A stretch of 64,000 nt of DNA from Cellvibrionaceae bacterium (GCA_021151525.1 JAGKXD010000003.1:26978-90977), one strand, 5' to 3'; shown: positions 19,409 through 29,319, counted from the stretch's first letter. The notes: generated by a model not told the origin, from the sequence alone. Translations and numbers: made by a program.

Positions 19409-21412
19409 TTAGTCTTCCAGCAACTCTTCCACAGTGCTCACGATGTTATCGACGGTGAAGCCGAAGTATTCGAGCAGCGCTGGGCCGGGTGCAGATTCGC
19501 CGAAGGTGGTCATGCCTATGACGCGGCCATCGAAGCCCACGTATTTGTACCAGTAGTCTGCCGCTGCAGTTTCAACCGCAACACGCGCAGAAACACCGCT
19601 TGGCAATACAGATTCTTTGTAGGCTGCATCTTGACGGTCATACACAGAGGTTGAAGGCATAGACACAACGCGAACGTTTTTGCCTTTAGCTTTCAGGGCT
19701 TCTGCCGCCTTCACGGTTACGCCAACTTCTGAACCGGTAGCAATCAGGATTGCATCTGGCTCGCCGACTGAGTCAACCAACACATAACCGCCTTTGGCGA
19801 TGTTCGCGACTTGCTCTGGAGTACGGGCAAAGGTATCGAGGTTTTGACGGCTGAATACCAAAGAGGTTGGGCCGTTGCGACGTTCGATAGCGGCTTTCCA
19901 AGACACAGCAGTTTCAGCCGCGTCAGCGGTGCGCCATGTGTCCATATTGGGAGTCAAACGCAGGGTGCCCAATACTTCGATTGGCTGGTGAGTTGGGCCG
20001 TCTTCGCCTTGACCGATGGAATCGTGGGTGTAAACGAAGATGTTTTGCAGTTTCATCAGCGCCGACATACGCACAGCGTTGGCTGCGTATTGTTGGAACA
20101 TCAAGAAGGTTGCGCCGTAAGCGATAAAACCGCCGTGAGCAGAAACACCGTTCATGATGGCGCTCATACCGAACTCGCGCACACCGTAATATACATAGTT
20201 GCCGCTAGCGTCAGCTGCTTCAACACCTTTAGAGGCTTTAACCAAGGTCAGGTTAGAACCAGCGAGGTCAGCAGAGCCGCCCAACAATTCTGGCAACAAG
20301 TCTGCAAACAAAGCGATAGCGTTTTGTGAGGCTTTACGGCTAGCGATTTTTTCGCCTTTCGCTTGGCTTTCAGCGATGAAAGCTTCTGCTTTAGCAGCGA
20401 AGTCAGCAGGCAATTCGCCTTTGATCACGCGACGTTCGTATTCTGCAGCCAATGCTGGGTGAGCAGCTTTATAAGCAGCGAATTTCTCATCCCATGATTT
20501 TTCAGCGGCCGCGCCTTTGGCTTTGGCGTCCCACGCAGCGTATACATCAGCAGGAATAACAAAGGGCTCGTATTCCCAACCGAGGGTTTTACGCACCAAG
20601 GCAACTTCTTCCAGGCCCAGTGGTGAGCCGTGGCAGTCGTGCGATGCTTGTTTGTTTGGCGAACCGAAACCAATGATGGTTTTGGTGATAATCAAGGTTG
20701 GTCTTGCTGTTACAGATTGAGCTTCTTGGATAGCGGCTTTAATGGCGTCAGCATTGTGACCATCAACTGCGCGGATCACATGCCAGCCGTAAGCTTCAAA
20801 GCGTTTGGCGGTGTCATCGGTAAACCAGCCTTCAACGTGACCATCGATAGAAATACCGTTGTCATCGTAGAACGCAATCAGTTTGCCCAAGCCTAAAGTA
20901 CCGGCCAATGAACAAGCTTCGTGGCTAACGCCTTCCATCATGCAGCCATCGCCGAGGAAAACGTAGGTATGATGGTCAACAACAGTGTGACCATCGCGGT
21001 TGAATTGCGCAGCGAGAATCTTCTCAGCCAATGCCATACCAACACCATTCGCGATACCTTGGCCCAAAGGACCGGTAGTGGTTTCAACACCTACGGTGTA
21101 ACCGCGTTCAGGGTGACCTGGGGTTTTGGAGTGCAATTGACGGAATTGCTTCAATTCGTCCATTGGTAAGTCGTAGCCGCTCAAGTGCAGCAAAGAGTAA
21201 ATCAGCATAGAGCCGTGGCCGTTAGACAATACAAAACGGTCGCGGTCAGCCCAATTTGGGTTGGTTGGGTTGTGCTTTAAAAAGTCATTCCACAGAACTT
21301 CGGCGATATCAGCCATGCCCATTGGGGCGCCAGGGTGACCAGAGTTAGCTTTTTGTACAGCGTCCATTGAAAGGACGCGAATGGCATCAGCCAAGTGTTT
21401 ACGGGAAGGCAT
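19409..21412 (-). CDS. tkt: Transketolase
   Basis: [41 protein letters not shown]. Confidence 0.99.
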   Translation of the reverse strand: MPSRKHLADAIRVLSMDAVQKANSGHPGAPMGMADIAEVLWNDFLKHNPTNPNWADRDRFVLSNGHGSMLIYSLLHLSGYDLPMDELKQFRQLHSKTPGHPERGYTVGVETTTGPLGQGIANGVGMALAEKILAAQFNRDGHTVVDHHTYVFLGDGCMMEGVSHEACSLAGTLGLGKLIAFYDDNGISIDGHVEGWFTDDTAKRFEAYGWHVIRAVDGHNADAIKAAIQEAQSVTARPTLIITKTIIGFGSPNKQASHDCHGSPLGLEEVALVRKTLGWEYEPFVIPADVYAAWDAKAKGAAAEKSWDEKFAAYKAAHPALAAEYERRVIKGELPADFAAKAEAFIAESQAKGEKIASRKASQNAIALFADLLPELLGGSADLAGSNLTLVKASKGVEAADASGNYVYYGVREFGMSAIMNGVSAHGGFIAYGATFLMFQQYAANAVRMSALMKLQNIFVYTHDSIGQGEDGPTHQPIEVLGTLRLTPNMDTWRTADAAETAVSWKAAIERRNGPTSLVFSRQNLDTFARTPEQVANIAKGGYVLVDSVGEPDAILIATGSEVGVTVKAAEALKAKGKNVRVVSMPSTSVYDRQDAAYKESVLPSGVSARVAVETAAADYWYKYVGFDGRVIGMTTFGESAPGPALLEYFGFTVDNIVSTVEELLED

Positions 21413-21493
21413 CGAGAGAAGCTCCTAATTTATTAGCAATTCGCAAATGTTATGAACATTTAGCAAAGGTTGATTGCGATTAGCGGTTAGTAA

Positions 21494-21790
21494 GGCGATC
21501 TCTGGCGGATCTTTTCGTCACAATGCCCTTAAACATGCCGGCACAGTGCTGCTGATATCGTTGGATGGTTCTACTTTTCAGAGCGCTTTGCCCTGCAGAA
21601 CGCTTTGCACTTGCTGCTCAATAAGATCGCCAGCTCTTTATAGAAAAACCGCGAGCCCTATGACCGAGGAGCAGGAAGGACACCCCCGCCAAATCTTGTG
21701 TGTCCGGCAAACAGGGGGTGCACATTCTCGCTCAGCTGAGGCCATGGGTAAAGCAAAGTCTAATGAAAAGTGATCATCCAAACGGCTCGC
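21494..21790. ncRNA. Candidate structured RNA / leader upstream of tkt (strand unresolved)
   Basis: Several long complementary segments (see findings); no credible ORF; no family recognised. Confidence 0.4.
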
Positions 21791-21820
21791 ATAATATAGT
21801 TAATAAGACTATAAGGTCAA
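21791..21820 (-). promoter_or_regulatory. Putative sigma70 promoter facing tkt
   Basis: TTGACC-16/18 nt-TATATT/TATTAT on the minus strand. Confidence 0.55.
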
Positions 21821-21869
21821 TTCCAATCTTTCGGATGGCTTTTATAATTGTCGCAATAAAAAGATTTCC

Positions 21870-21897
21870 ATCTATATCAAAATATTTTGATATAGAT
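21870..21897. promoter_or_regulatory. SahR operator (perfect 28-bp palindrome)
   Basis: ATCTATATCAAAAT|ATTTTGATATAGAT; ATATCAA-N6-TTGATAT core resembles the SahR motif and overlaps the sahR -35. Confidence 0.85.
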
Positions 21898-21915
21898 TTT
21901 TTCGCCTGCTAGACT
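21887..21915 (+). promoter_or_regulatory. Sigma70 promoter of the sahR-metK operon
   Basis: TTGATA-17 nt-TAGACT with extended TGn. Confidence 0.7.
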
Positions 21916-21923
21916 GCACCACT

Positions 21924-23099
21924 ATGAACGACCTTATCGACCATGACCCTCTCGACCTACCGCTGCTCACCGAGCAAGTGCACGAGACCGAACTGCCCGA
22001 GCTTTCAGAGCCGAGAGTAGTTGCTCCGGCATTGATTGAGGCTGCGGACGTACCCTCTTTGCACGAAGTGGTAGTCCTGCCGCTCATGGACGCTCCGCCC
22101 ATTTTGACGGACATAGTTGAGCCAGCGTCTTTGCCAATGGTGGACGCACAATCGCTCCCCAATTTGCTTAAGGCGGCGGGCGATGGCTTCCGCTTGGAAA
22201 TTTTGCGCGTGCTCGCGCAGGATTCTTTTGGGGTTTTGGAGCTGTGCCGAATTTTTAATGCCAAGCAATCTGGCATGAGTCATCACCTGAAAGTGCTCAC
22301 CAGCGCCGGTTTGCTCAGCACGCGTCGCGAAGGCAACAGCATTTTTTATCGCCGCGCCTATTTAGTGCCAGACAGCCCGCTCGCGAGTTTGCAGCAGGCA
22401 CTGTTTACCAGTATCGACCAATTGCCGATGACTGAATCGGTTCAAGCCCAATTACGCGAATTGGAGCAAGAACGTAGCCTCGCATCGCAACATTTTTTTG
22501 CCGAGAACGCGCACAAATTTCGCGAACAGCAAGATCTAATTGCCAGCTATCCCGTATATGCAGAGCACATGACGCAATTGCTCAACAACACACCGCTGCG
22601 CAATTGGACGCTCGCATTAGAAGTTGGCCCCGGCGAGGGTGAATTTTTACCCGTACTCGCCCAAAAATTTTCGCAAGTTGTCGCACTCGATAGTTCGGCA
22701 GAAATGTTGCAGAAATCAAAAGATTTCTCACAGAAGCAAAATTTGCGCAGCATGGAATTTATCCACGGCGACACTCACGTACTCGCCGAGAAAAAAGTTT
22801 TGGCAGATTGCATAGTGGTTAACATGGTTTTACACCACACGTCCTCGCCTGCGGATATTTTTCAAGATTTAAGCAAAGCCCTCGCGCCGGGTGGCGCATT
22901 GTTGATTTGCGATTTATGTCGCCACGAACAAGCCTGGGCAAGAGAAGCCTGCGGTGATTTATGGCAAGGTTTTGAACCACAAGATTTTTCGCGCTGGGCA
23001 ACAGCAGCAAATTTGAATGAAGGCCAAAGCGTTTATTTTGCGTTACGCAATGGATTCCAAATTCAGCTAAGGCAATTTTTTAAACCGGCCAATTTTTGA
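21924..23099 (+). CDS. sahR: ArsR-HTH/methyltransferase fusion regulator SahR with acidic N-terminal extension
   Basis: LKAAGDGFRLEILRVL...QSGMSHHLKVL...RREGNSIFY; EVGPGEG SAM-binding fold; lies between tkt and metK. Confidence 0.9.
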   Translation: MNDLIDHDPLDLPLLTEQVHETELPELSEPRVVAPALIEAADVPSLHEVVVLPLMDAPPILTDIVEPASLPMVDAQSLPNLLKAAGDGFRLEILRVLAQDSFGVLELCRIFNAKQSGMSHHLKVLTSAGLLSTRREGNSIFYRRAYLVPDSPLASLQQALFTSIDQLPMTESVQAQLRELEQERSLASQHFFAENAHKFREQQDLIASYPVYAEHMTQLLNNTPLRNWTLALEVGPGEGEFLPVLAQKFSQVVALDSSAEMLQKSKDFSQKQNLRSMEFIHGDTHVLAEKKVLADCIVVNMVLHHTSSPADIFQDLSKALAPGGALLICDLCRHEQAWAREACGDLWQGFEPQDFSRWATAANLNEGQSVYFALRNGFQIQLRQFFKPANF

Positions 23100-23111
23100 T
23101 TTGATTTTTAC

Positions 23112-23196
23112 GTAGCCCGTATGGAGCCTAGCGAAATACGGGAAAAATTAGTGTGAATTTAAAACCCCGTATTGCGTTTCACTCCATACGGGCTAC
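23112..23196. repeat. GTAG-type REP doublet (GTAGCCCGTA family)
   Basis: GTAGCCCGTATGGAG...ATACGGG / CCCGTATT...CTCCATACGGGCTAC. Confidence 0.85.
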
Positions 23197-23227
23197 AAAT
23201 TTTTATTGTATTAAACAGGAAACCAAC

Positions 23228-24382
23228 ATGTCCGAATATTCAGTCTTCACCTCCGAATCAGTTTCAGAAGGCCATCCCGACAAAATGGCGGATCAAATTT
23301 CTGATGCCGTCCTCGACGCCATTATTAAAGACGACCCCAATGCGCGCGTTGCGGTAGAAACTTTAGTAAAAACCGGTATGGCAATCGTTGCCGGTGAAGT
23401 GCGCACGTCAACCTATGTTGACCTCGAAGATTTAATTCGCCAAGTAATTTTGGACATCGGCTACAACTCCAGCGATGTTGGTTTTGATGGCGCAAGCTGT
23501 GCGGTATTAAATGCAATCGGCAAACAATCTGCTGACATCGCCATGGGCGTTGATGAAGCGACTAACAAAGATATGGGTGCTGGTGACCAAGGTTTAATGT
23601 TTGGTTATGCCACCAACGAAACTTCCGTATTAATGCCAGCGCCAATTTTTTACTCGCACCGCTTGGTAGAAAAGCAAGCGCAATTACGCAAAAACGGAAC
23701 CTTGCCTTGGTTGCGTCCAGATGCAAAAAGCCAAGTAACTTTGCGCTACGAAAACGGTAAGCCAGTTGCAGTTGACGCTGTTGTGCTTTCAACTCAACAC
23801 AGCCCAGATGTAACTCAAAAAGAAATTCACGAAGCAGTGCGTGAATTAATTATCAACCAAGTATTGCCAGCAGAATGGTTGCACGCGGGTACTCAATACC
23901 ACATCAACCCAACTGGCCAATTTATTATTGGTGGTCCAGTAGGTGATTGTGGATTAACTGGCCGCAAAATTATTGTGGACTCTTACGGCGGTATGGCGCG
24001 TCACGGTGGCGGTGCATTCTCTGGTAAAGATCCATCAAAAGTTGACCGCTCTGCTGCTTATGCTGGTCGTTACGTTGCAAAAAATTTGGTTGCAGCAGGC
24101 ATAGCAGATCGTTTGGAAATTCAAGTGAGTTACGCGATTGGTGTTGCTGAACCTACTTCAATTTCTGTAAATGCTTTCGGCACTGGCAAATTGCCTGATG
24201 CAGAGATCGTGAAATTAGTGCGCGAACATTTTGATTTACGTCCACGCGGCTTGATTGAGATGCTGGATCTCAAGCGCCCTATTTATCGTCAAACAGCCGC
24301 ATATGGTCATTTCGGTAGAGAGTTACCTGATTTCACATGGGAAAAGACTGACAAAGCAGATGCGTTGAAGAAAGCGCTTTAA
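23228..24382 (+). CDS. metK: S-adenosylmethionine synthetase
   Basis: [28 protein letters not shown]; start re-called at MSEYSVF with RBS AGGA. Confidence 0.99.
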   Translation: MSEYSVFTSESVSEGHPDKMADQISDAVLDAIIKDDPNARVAVETLVKTGMAIVAGEVRTSTYVDLEDLIRQVILDIGYNSSDVGFDGASCAVLNAIGKQSADIAMGVDEATNKDMGAGDQGLMFGYATNETSVLMPAPIFYSHRLVEKQAQLRKNGTLPWLRPDAKSQVTLRYENGKPVAVDAVVLSTQHSPDVTQKEIHEAVRELIINQVLPAEWLHAGTQYHINPTGQFIIGGPVGDCGLTGRKIIVDSYGGMARHGGGAFSGKDPSKVDRSAAYAGRYVAKNLVAAGIADRLEIQVSYAIGVAEPTSISVNAFGTGKLPDAEIVKLVREHFDLRPRGLIEMLDLKRPIYRQTAAYGHFGRELPDFTWEKTDKADALKKAL

Positions 24383-24420
24383 TTTTAATGTTTCTCGAAT
24401 AAATACATTTATATATCCGT

Positions 24421-24498
24421 CGTCATCCTCGCGCAGCGGGGACCCAGCAGTTGACTTTGTTTTTTTAAGGGCTGGATTCCCGCTGCGCGAGAATGACG
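24421..24498. repeat. CGTC-type REP doublet
   Basis: CGTCATCCTCGCGCAGCGGGGACCCAG ... CTGGATTCCCGCTGCGCGAGAATGACG. Confidence 0.85.
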
Positions 24499-24543
24499 GA
24501 AACAAACATCAACGAATGATTTCGTTGGAAGAAGGAAAATATC

Positions 24544-25914
24544 ATGAGCTTCACCGACTACAAAGTTGCCGACATGTCCCTCGCCACTTGGGGCCGTAAA
24601 GAAATTGAAATCGCCGAAGGCGAAATGCCAGCCTTGATGGCGTTGCGACGCAAATACAAAAGTTCAAAACCATTAGCCGATGCAAAAATTATCGGCTGCA
24701 TTCACATGACTATTCAAACCGCCGTGTTAATCGAAACTTTGGTTGAACTCGGTGCAGAAGTGCGTTGGTCATCTTGCAATATTTTCTCAACGCAAGATCA
24801 TGCTGCTGCTGCAATTGCTGCTGCAAATATTCCTGTGTTCGCTTGGAAGGGTGAAACCGAAGAAGAGTTCTGGTGGTGCATCGAGCAAACTATTTTGAAA
24901 GATGGCAAGCCATGGGCTGCCAATATGATTCTTGATGATGGCGGTGATGTTACCCAAATCGTTCACGAAAAATATCCGCAAATGCTCGATGCCATTCACG
25001 GTATTTCTGAAGAGACAACCACCGGTGTTCACCGCCTGTTGGATATGTTGAAAAAAGGCCAATTAAAAGTTCCTGCAATCAACGTAAACGATGCAGTAAC
25101 CAAAAGCAAAAACGACAACAAATACGGTTGCCGTCACAGCTTGAACGATGCAATCAAACGCGGCACCGACCATTTGCTTGCCGGTAAAAAAGCATTAGTA
25201 ATTGGCTATGGCGATGTGGGTAAAGGTTCTGCTGCATCATTGCGTCAAGAAGGCATGATTGTAAAAGTAACCGAGATTGATCCAATCTGTGCAATGCAAG
25301 CATGCATGGACGGCTTCGAAGTTGTGTCTCCATACAACGACGGAATTAACACGGGTAAGTATGAAGATATTAATCACATCGTTCTCGGCACAACCGATTT
25401 GGTTGTTACAACTACCGGTAACGTAAATGTGTGCGACTCTGCCATGTTGCGTGCATTAAAACGCAGTGCGGTTGTGTGTAACATCGGCCACTTCGATAGC
25501 GAAATTGATACAGCCTTTATGCGCAAAAATTGGGAGTGGGAAGAAGTAAAACCACAAGTACATAAAGTATACCGCGATAAAGCAACCAACGATCATTTGA
25601 TTATTTTGTCTGAAGGCCGTTTGGTAAACCTCGGCAACGCTACCGGTCACCCATCGCGCATTATGGATGGCTCATTCGCAAACCAAGTTCTCGCGCAAAT
25701 GTATTTGTACGAGCGCAAATTTGCGGATCTTCCGGCAGAACAAAAAGCAGAACATTTATATGTGCGCGTGCTGCCGAAAAAATTAGACGAAGAAGTTGCG
25801 AAAGATATGGTTGAAGGCTTTGGTGGTGTAATTACTAAATTAACCGCGCAACAAGCTGAGTATATTGGTTTTGCTGTTGAAGGTCCGTTTAAACCAGAGT
25901 CTTACAAATACTAA
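24544..25914 (+). CDS. ahcY: Adenosylhomocysteinase
   Basis: [39 protein letters not shown]. Confidence 0.99.
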   Translation: MSFTDYKVADMSLATWGRKEIEIAEGEMPALMALRRKYKSSKPLADAKIIGCIHMTIQTAVLIETLVELGAEVRWSSCNIFSTQDHAAAAIAAANIPVFAWKGETEEEFWWCIEQTILKDGKPWAANMILDDGGDVTQIVHEKYPQMLDAIHGISEETTTGVHRLLDMLKKGQLKVPAINVNDAVTKSKNDNKYGCRHSLNDAIKRGTDHLLAGKKALVIGYGDVGKGSAASLRQEGMIVKVTEIDPICAMQACMDGFEVVSPYNDGINTGKYEDINHIVLGTTDLVVTTTGNVNVCDSAMLRALKRSAVVCNIGHFDSEIDTAFMRKNWEWEEVKPQVHKVYRDKATNDHLIILSEGRLVNLGNATGHPSRIMDGSFANQVLAQMYLYERKFADLPAEQKAEHLYVRVLPKKLDEEVAKDMVEGFGGVITKLTAQQAEYIGFAVEGPFKPESYKY

Positions 25915-25945
25915 TCATCGCTGAACCAATCACGAGTCAGAAATT

Positions 25946-26662
25946 ATGGAACCACAAGGCGATAATTCTCAATACGAGAAGATTAGAGAGTTTTACGATA
26001 ACACCTACTACAAATCGCCTGGCGAAAAGTCAGTGGCTACAGCGCACCATATGCGTTTAGTAAAGCGACTGGGCGTTAAGTCCGGCGATGAAGTGTTGGA
26101 TGTTGCTTGTGGTGCTGGTGGTTGGTTGTCTGCGTGTAATCAAGTTGGTGCTCGCGTTAGCGGTGTAGATATTTCTACGCAGGCAATTAATGTTTGCAAA
26201 GCGTCTATGCCTGGCAATTTTTTTGTGACGCCAGCTGAGCAGTTGCCTTTTGCAGATGAAACTTTTGATGTAATTACGTGTTTGGGGTCATTGGAACATT
26301 TCATTGATCCTGACGCTGCCGTGAAGGAAATGTGTAGAGTTGCCAAGACTTCTGCGCATTTTACTATTTTAGTACCCAATGCCGATTTTCTAACTCGAAA
26401 ATTGGGGTTGTTTATGGGGACTTATCAAGTAGATGCAAAAGAGGATGTTAAGCGTTTGGATGAGTGGACTGCTTTATTTGAACGCTGTGGTTTGCAAGTA
26501 AACCAGCGCTGGAAAGATCTGCATGTGCTTTCTTGGCATTGGCTTAGCATTGGTAAGTGGTATCAAATTCCTTTGCGTCTTGCGCAAGCACTTGCGTTGG
26601 CCGTGTGGCCATTAAAATGGCAATATCAGGTTTACCATTTGTGTGTAAAAAAATCGAAATAA
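25946..26662 (+). CDS. Class I SAM-dependent methyltransferase
   Basis: VLDVACGAG, GVDIS, LPFADETFD, GSLEHF. Confidence 0.9.
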   Translation: MEPQGDNSQYEKIREFYDNTYYKSPGEKSVATAHHMRLVKRLGVKSGDEVLDVACGAGGWLSACNQVGARVSGVDISTQAINVCKASMPGNFFVTPAEQLPFADETFDVITCLGSLEHFIDPDAAVKEMCRVAKTSAHFTILVPNADFLTRKLGLFMGTYQVDAKEDVKRLDEWTALFERCGLQVNQRWKDLHVLSWHWLSIGKWYQIPLRLAQALALAVWPLKWQYQVYHLCVKKSK

Positions 26663-26683
26663 TTTTATTGTCAGGACAATCTA

Positions 26684-27532
26684 ATGACCGACTCACAACC
26701 GCGTTTAAGTTTTGAATTTTTCCCACCGAAAACATCGGAAGGAAAAGAAAAACTGATTAAGGTGCGCGATCAGCTCAATGAATTTGCGCCGGATTTTTTT
26801 TCGGTAACCTACGGTGCCGGCGGGTCAACGCGCGATAACACTAAAGGTGTTGTCACTCAATTTAAAAACGATGGTATTAGCATTGCACCGCATTTATCCT
26901 TTGGTAGTGATGACGAATCAACCATTTTAAAATTGTTGAATGAATACAAGTTTTTTGGTGTCGATCGCATTGTTGCTTTGCGTGGTGATGTACCTTCGGG
27001 TATGGGCGGTCAGCAGCAATTGGTATATGCGAATGAATTGGTTGCCTTTATTCGTCAGCACTTTGGCAATACTTTTCACTTGGAAGTGGCGGCTTATCCA
27101 GAGATTCATCCGCAAGCTAAAAGCTATAGCGAAGATGTGCGCTATCTGAAAGGTAAATTTGATGCAGGCGCTGACAGCGCTATTACGCAATACTTTTTCA
27201 ATCCAGATTCCTATTTTTACTTTATGGAACAATGCTACAAGGCTGGCATTAAGCAACCAATTTATCCTGGCATTATGCCGATTATTAATTACCGTAATTT
27301 AACACGCTTCTCTGATACCTGCGGTGCGGAAATTCCACGCTGGTTGCGCAAAGCGCTGGAAAATTATGGTGATGATGACGCTAGCCTGAGAGCATTCGGA
27401 GTGGATTTGGTGACAGAACTTTGTGAAGTTTTGTTGGAAAACGAAGCGCCTGGTTTGCATTTCTACACCATGAACCAAACTGAGCCTACCGCACAAATCG
27501 TGAAAAATTTGGGTTTGATTCCTGCGGAATAA
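26684..27532 (+). CDS. metF: 5,10-methylenetetrahydrofolate reductase
   Basis: SFEFFPPK, SVTYGAGGS, ALRGD, AAYPE, ITQYFF, LHFYTMN. Confidence 0.98.
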   Translation: MTDSQPRLSFEFFPPKTSEGKEKLIKVRDQLNEFAPDFFSVTYGAGGSTRDNTKGVVTQFKNDGISIAPHLSFGSDDESTILKLLNEYKFFGVDRIVALRGDVPSGMGGQQQLVYANELVAFIRQHFGNTFHLEVAAYPEIHPQAKSYSEDVRYLKGKFDAGADSAITQYFFNPDSYFYFMEQCYKAGIKQPIYPGIMPIINYRNLTRFSDTCGAEIPRWLRKALENYGDDDASLRAFGVDLVTELCEVLLENEAPGLHFYTMNQTEPTAQIVKNLGLIPAE

Positions 27533-27548
27533 TTCGCTGCGAGCGAAA

Positions 27549-27580
27549 TAAAAAAGCCTCGCCAATGCGGGGCTTTTTTA
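27549..27580. terminator. Bidirectional terminator between metF and mutM
   Basis: AAAAAGCCTCGC-CAAT-GCGGGGCTTTTT. Confidence 0.8.
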
Positions 27581-28390
27581 TTTTTGGCAATTCACACAGT
27601 AAACCGTGGTGCGGTCATTCATACGCACTTCTTTCAGTGGTTTACCACACGCAGGGCAGGCTTCGCCGCCGCGTCCATACACGAGAAGTTGTTGCTTGAA
27701 GTAACCGGGTTTTCCATCACCGCCGACAAAATCTTTTAAGGTAGTTCCGCCCTGCTCAATGGAGCGTGCGAGCACAAATTTGATATCCCTCACCAAGTCT
27801 TCGCAATTTTGGCGCGTGAGCGTACCGGCTTTACGAATGGGCTTAATGCGCGACATAAATAGCGATTCGTTGGCGTAGATATTCCCCACTCCCACCACTA
27901 AGTGACTATCCATAATAAATTGCTTTACGGCTTGGGTGCGCTTACGGCTGCGTTTGTAGAGATAGTCTGCTGTAAATTCGTCGGTCAGTGGCTCGGGGCC
28001 GAGCATGGCGAGGAGCTTGTGTTCTTGTGGCTCGCCCTCTACCCACAATAGGCAGCCGAAACGGCGTGGGTCGTGATAGCGCATGGCGATGCCGCCGAAG
28101 ACCCAATCGAAGTGATCGTGGGCATTGGGAGGTGATGTGGCATCAACTATACGTAAGCTGCCGGACATCCCCAAATGGATTAGTGCATGGCCTCGGGCGA
28201 ATTCGAATAACAGGTATTTCCCGCGGCGGCTGATATTGAGCAGTTTTTGTCCTTCAATCAGTTCAGCAAGCTCATCGGGGATTGGCCAGCGCAGGCGCGC
28301 TTGGCGAATCACGACTTTGGATAGGTTGCGCTTGTGAATATGAGGCAGTATGCCGCGCAGGGTGGTTTCGACTTCGGGTAATTCGGGCAT
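27578..28390 (-). CDS. mutM: Formamidopyrimidine-DNA glycosylase
   Basis: MPELPEVE, HLGMSG, GVGNIYANE, C-terminal zinc finger. Confidence 0.99.
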   Translation of the reverse strand: MPELPEVETTLRGILPHIHKRNLSKVVIRQARLRWPIPDELAELIEGQKLLNISRRGKYLLFEFARGHALIHLGMSGSLRIVDATSPPNAHDHFDWVFGGIAMRYHDPRRFGCLLWVEGEPQEHKLLAMLGPEPLTDEFTADYLYKRSRKRTQAVKQFIMDSHLVVGVGNIYANESLFMSRIKPIRKAGTLTRQNCEDLVRDIKFVLARSIEQGGTTLKDFVGGDGKPGYFKQQLLVYGRGGEACPACGKPLKEVRMNDRTTVYCVNCQK

Positions 28391-28554
28391 GGATCATTAT
28401 CGTCGCTGGCTAGACATATGTGAGCGACAGCTTGCCAGAAATCCTGTGTGAGCAGAAGAATCGGGCGAAAATGCGGGCCGCTTATGTCTAAAAATGACCA
28501 CTCATCGCAAAGCTCATTAAAAATTTAGCTTAAAAACTGGACGATTTGAATTTG

Positions 28555-28570
28555 TGTGATAGAGTTCACA
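28555..28570. promoter_or_regulatory. CRP/Vfr-type binding site
   Basis: TGTGA-TAGAGT-TCACA, exact core consensus. Confidence 0.65.
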
Positions 28571-28680
28571 TTGTGAATTTGAGGTGGTTATTAATTGTTG
28601 GTGTTTTTATCGATAAAGACACCTAGCGATTAATGAAATTTGTCGTGTAAACAAACTATTCGTTATTTTGGAGCTTTTAG

Positions 28681-29319
28681 ATGCACAGAATTTTTAAATC
28701 TGTTGCTTTCGTTATTGCCGCTTTCGGCGTTTCAATGGGCGCGAATGCAGTTACTATTACTGCATCGGCGATTAACCAAACGACCAGTTCAGTGGCTGGC
28801 GTTACTACCGTAACTTTCGACAATGGTACTTGTACGGGTTATGTATCTTGCACCGGTGATTTTGCCATAGTGTCCGGCAGTTCTAGTGGCCTCTACGCAG
28901 CCCCCTATACGGATACCACCAAGTATTTGAGCGTACCTAATCCTAGCGCAACCACCCAAACTGCAGTCTTGAGCATAGGCGCAGCAGCTAACTATTTTGG
29001 ATTATTTTGGGGTTCAATAGATACTTACAACATCATTAGCTTCTTCCTCGGTAACACCCAAGTAGCGAGCTACAACGGCGGCCAATTGCCAAATTTAACA
29101 GCAGATGGTAACCAAACTGCTTGGGCCTCAAACCGCTATATCAACTTTGATTTTGGTAGTGCTAGTTTCGATACAGTAAAAATTACAAGCAACGGCTTTG
29201 CCTTCGAGAGCGATAACCACGCTTTCCGCAAAACATCAGTTCCTGAACCAATGACATTAGTGTTGATGGGCTTGGGTGTGATTGGTTTGGTGGCGACTCG
29301 TCGTATTAAAAAGGCCTAA
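28681..29319 (+). CDS. PEP-CTERM exosortase-substrate surface protein (Npun_F0296-like)
   Basis: Signal peptide; YFGLFWGSIDTYN, AFESDNH; C-terminal VPEP + TM helix + RRIKK. Confidence 0.9.
   Translation: MHRIFKSVAFVIAAFGVSMGANAVTITASAINQTTSSVAGVTTVTFDNGTCTGYVSCTGDFAIVSGSSSGLYAAPYTDTTKYLSVPNPSATTQTAVLSIGAAANYFGLFWGSIDTYNIISFFLGNTQVASYNGGQLPNLTADGNQTAWASNRYINFDFGSASFDTVKITSNGFAFESDNHAFRKTSVPEPMTLVLMGLGVIGLVATRRIKKA

Noticed and set aside
21660-21682. CsrB/Rsm-type sRNA suggested by clustered GGA motifs
   Set aside because: Only three clustered GGAs, not in repeated hairpin loops, and no plus-strand terminator
21714-21780. TPP riboswitch upstream of transketolase
   Set aside because: GGGGTGC...CTGAG is present, but on the strand opposite tkt and without the ACCC/ACCTGA..TAAT..CGTAGG core
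21474-21912. Short ORFs (99 and 70 aa) in the tkt-sahR spacer
   Set aside because: Non-ATG starts, no RBS and no recognisable protein features; the base-pairing pattern explains the region better
24383-24543. SAH riboswitch before ahcY
   Set aside because: The hairpin is a REP doublet also found at 6639-6731; conserved riboswitch segments are not seen
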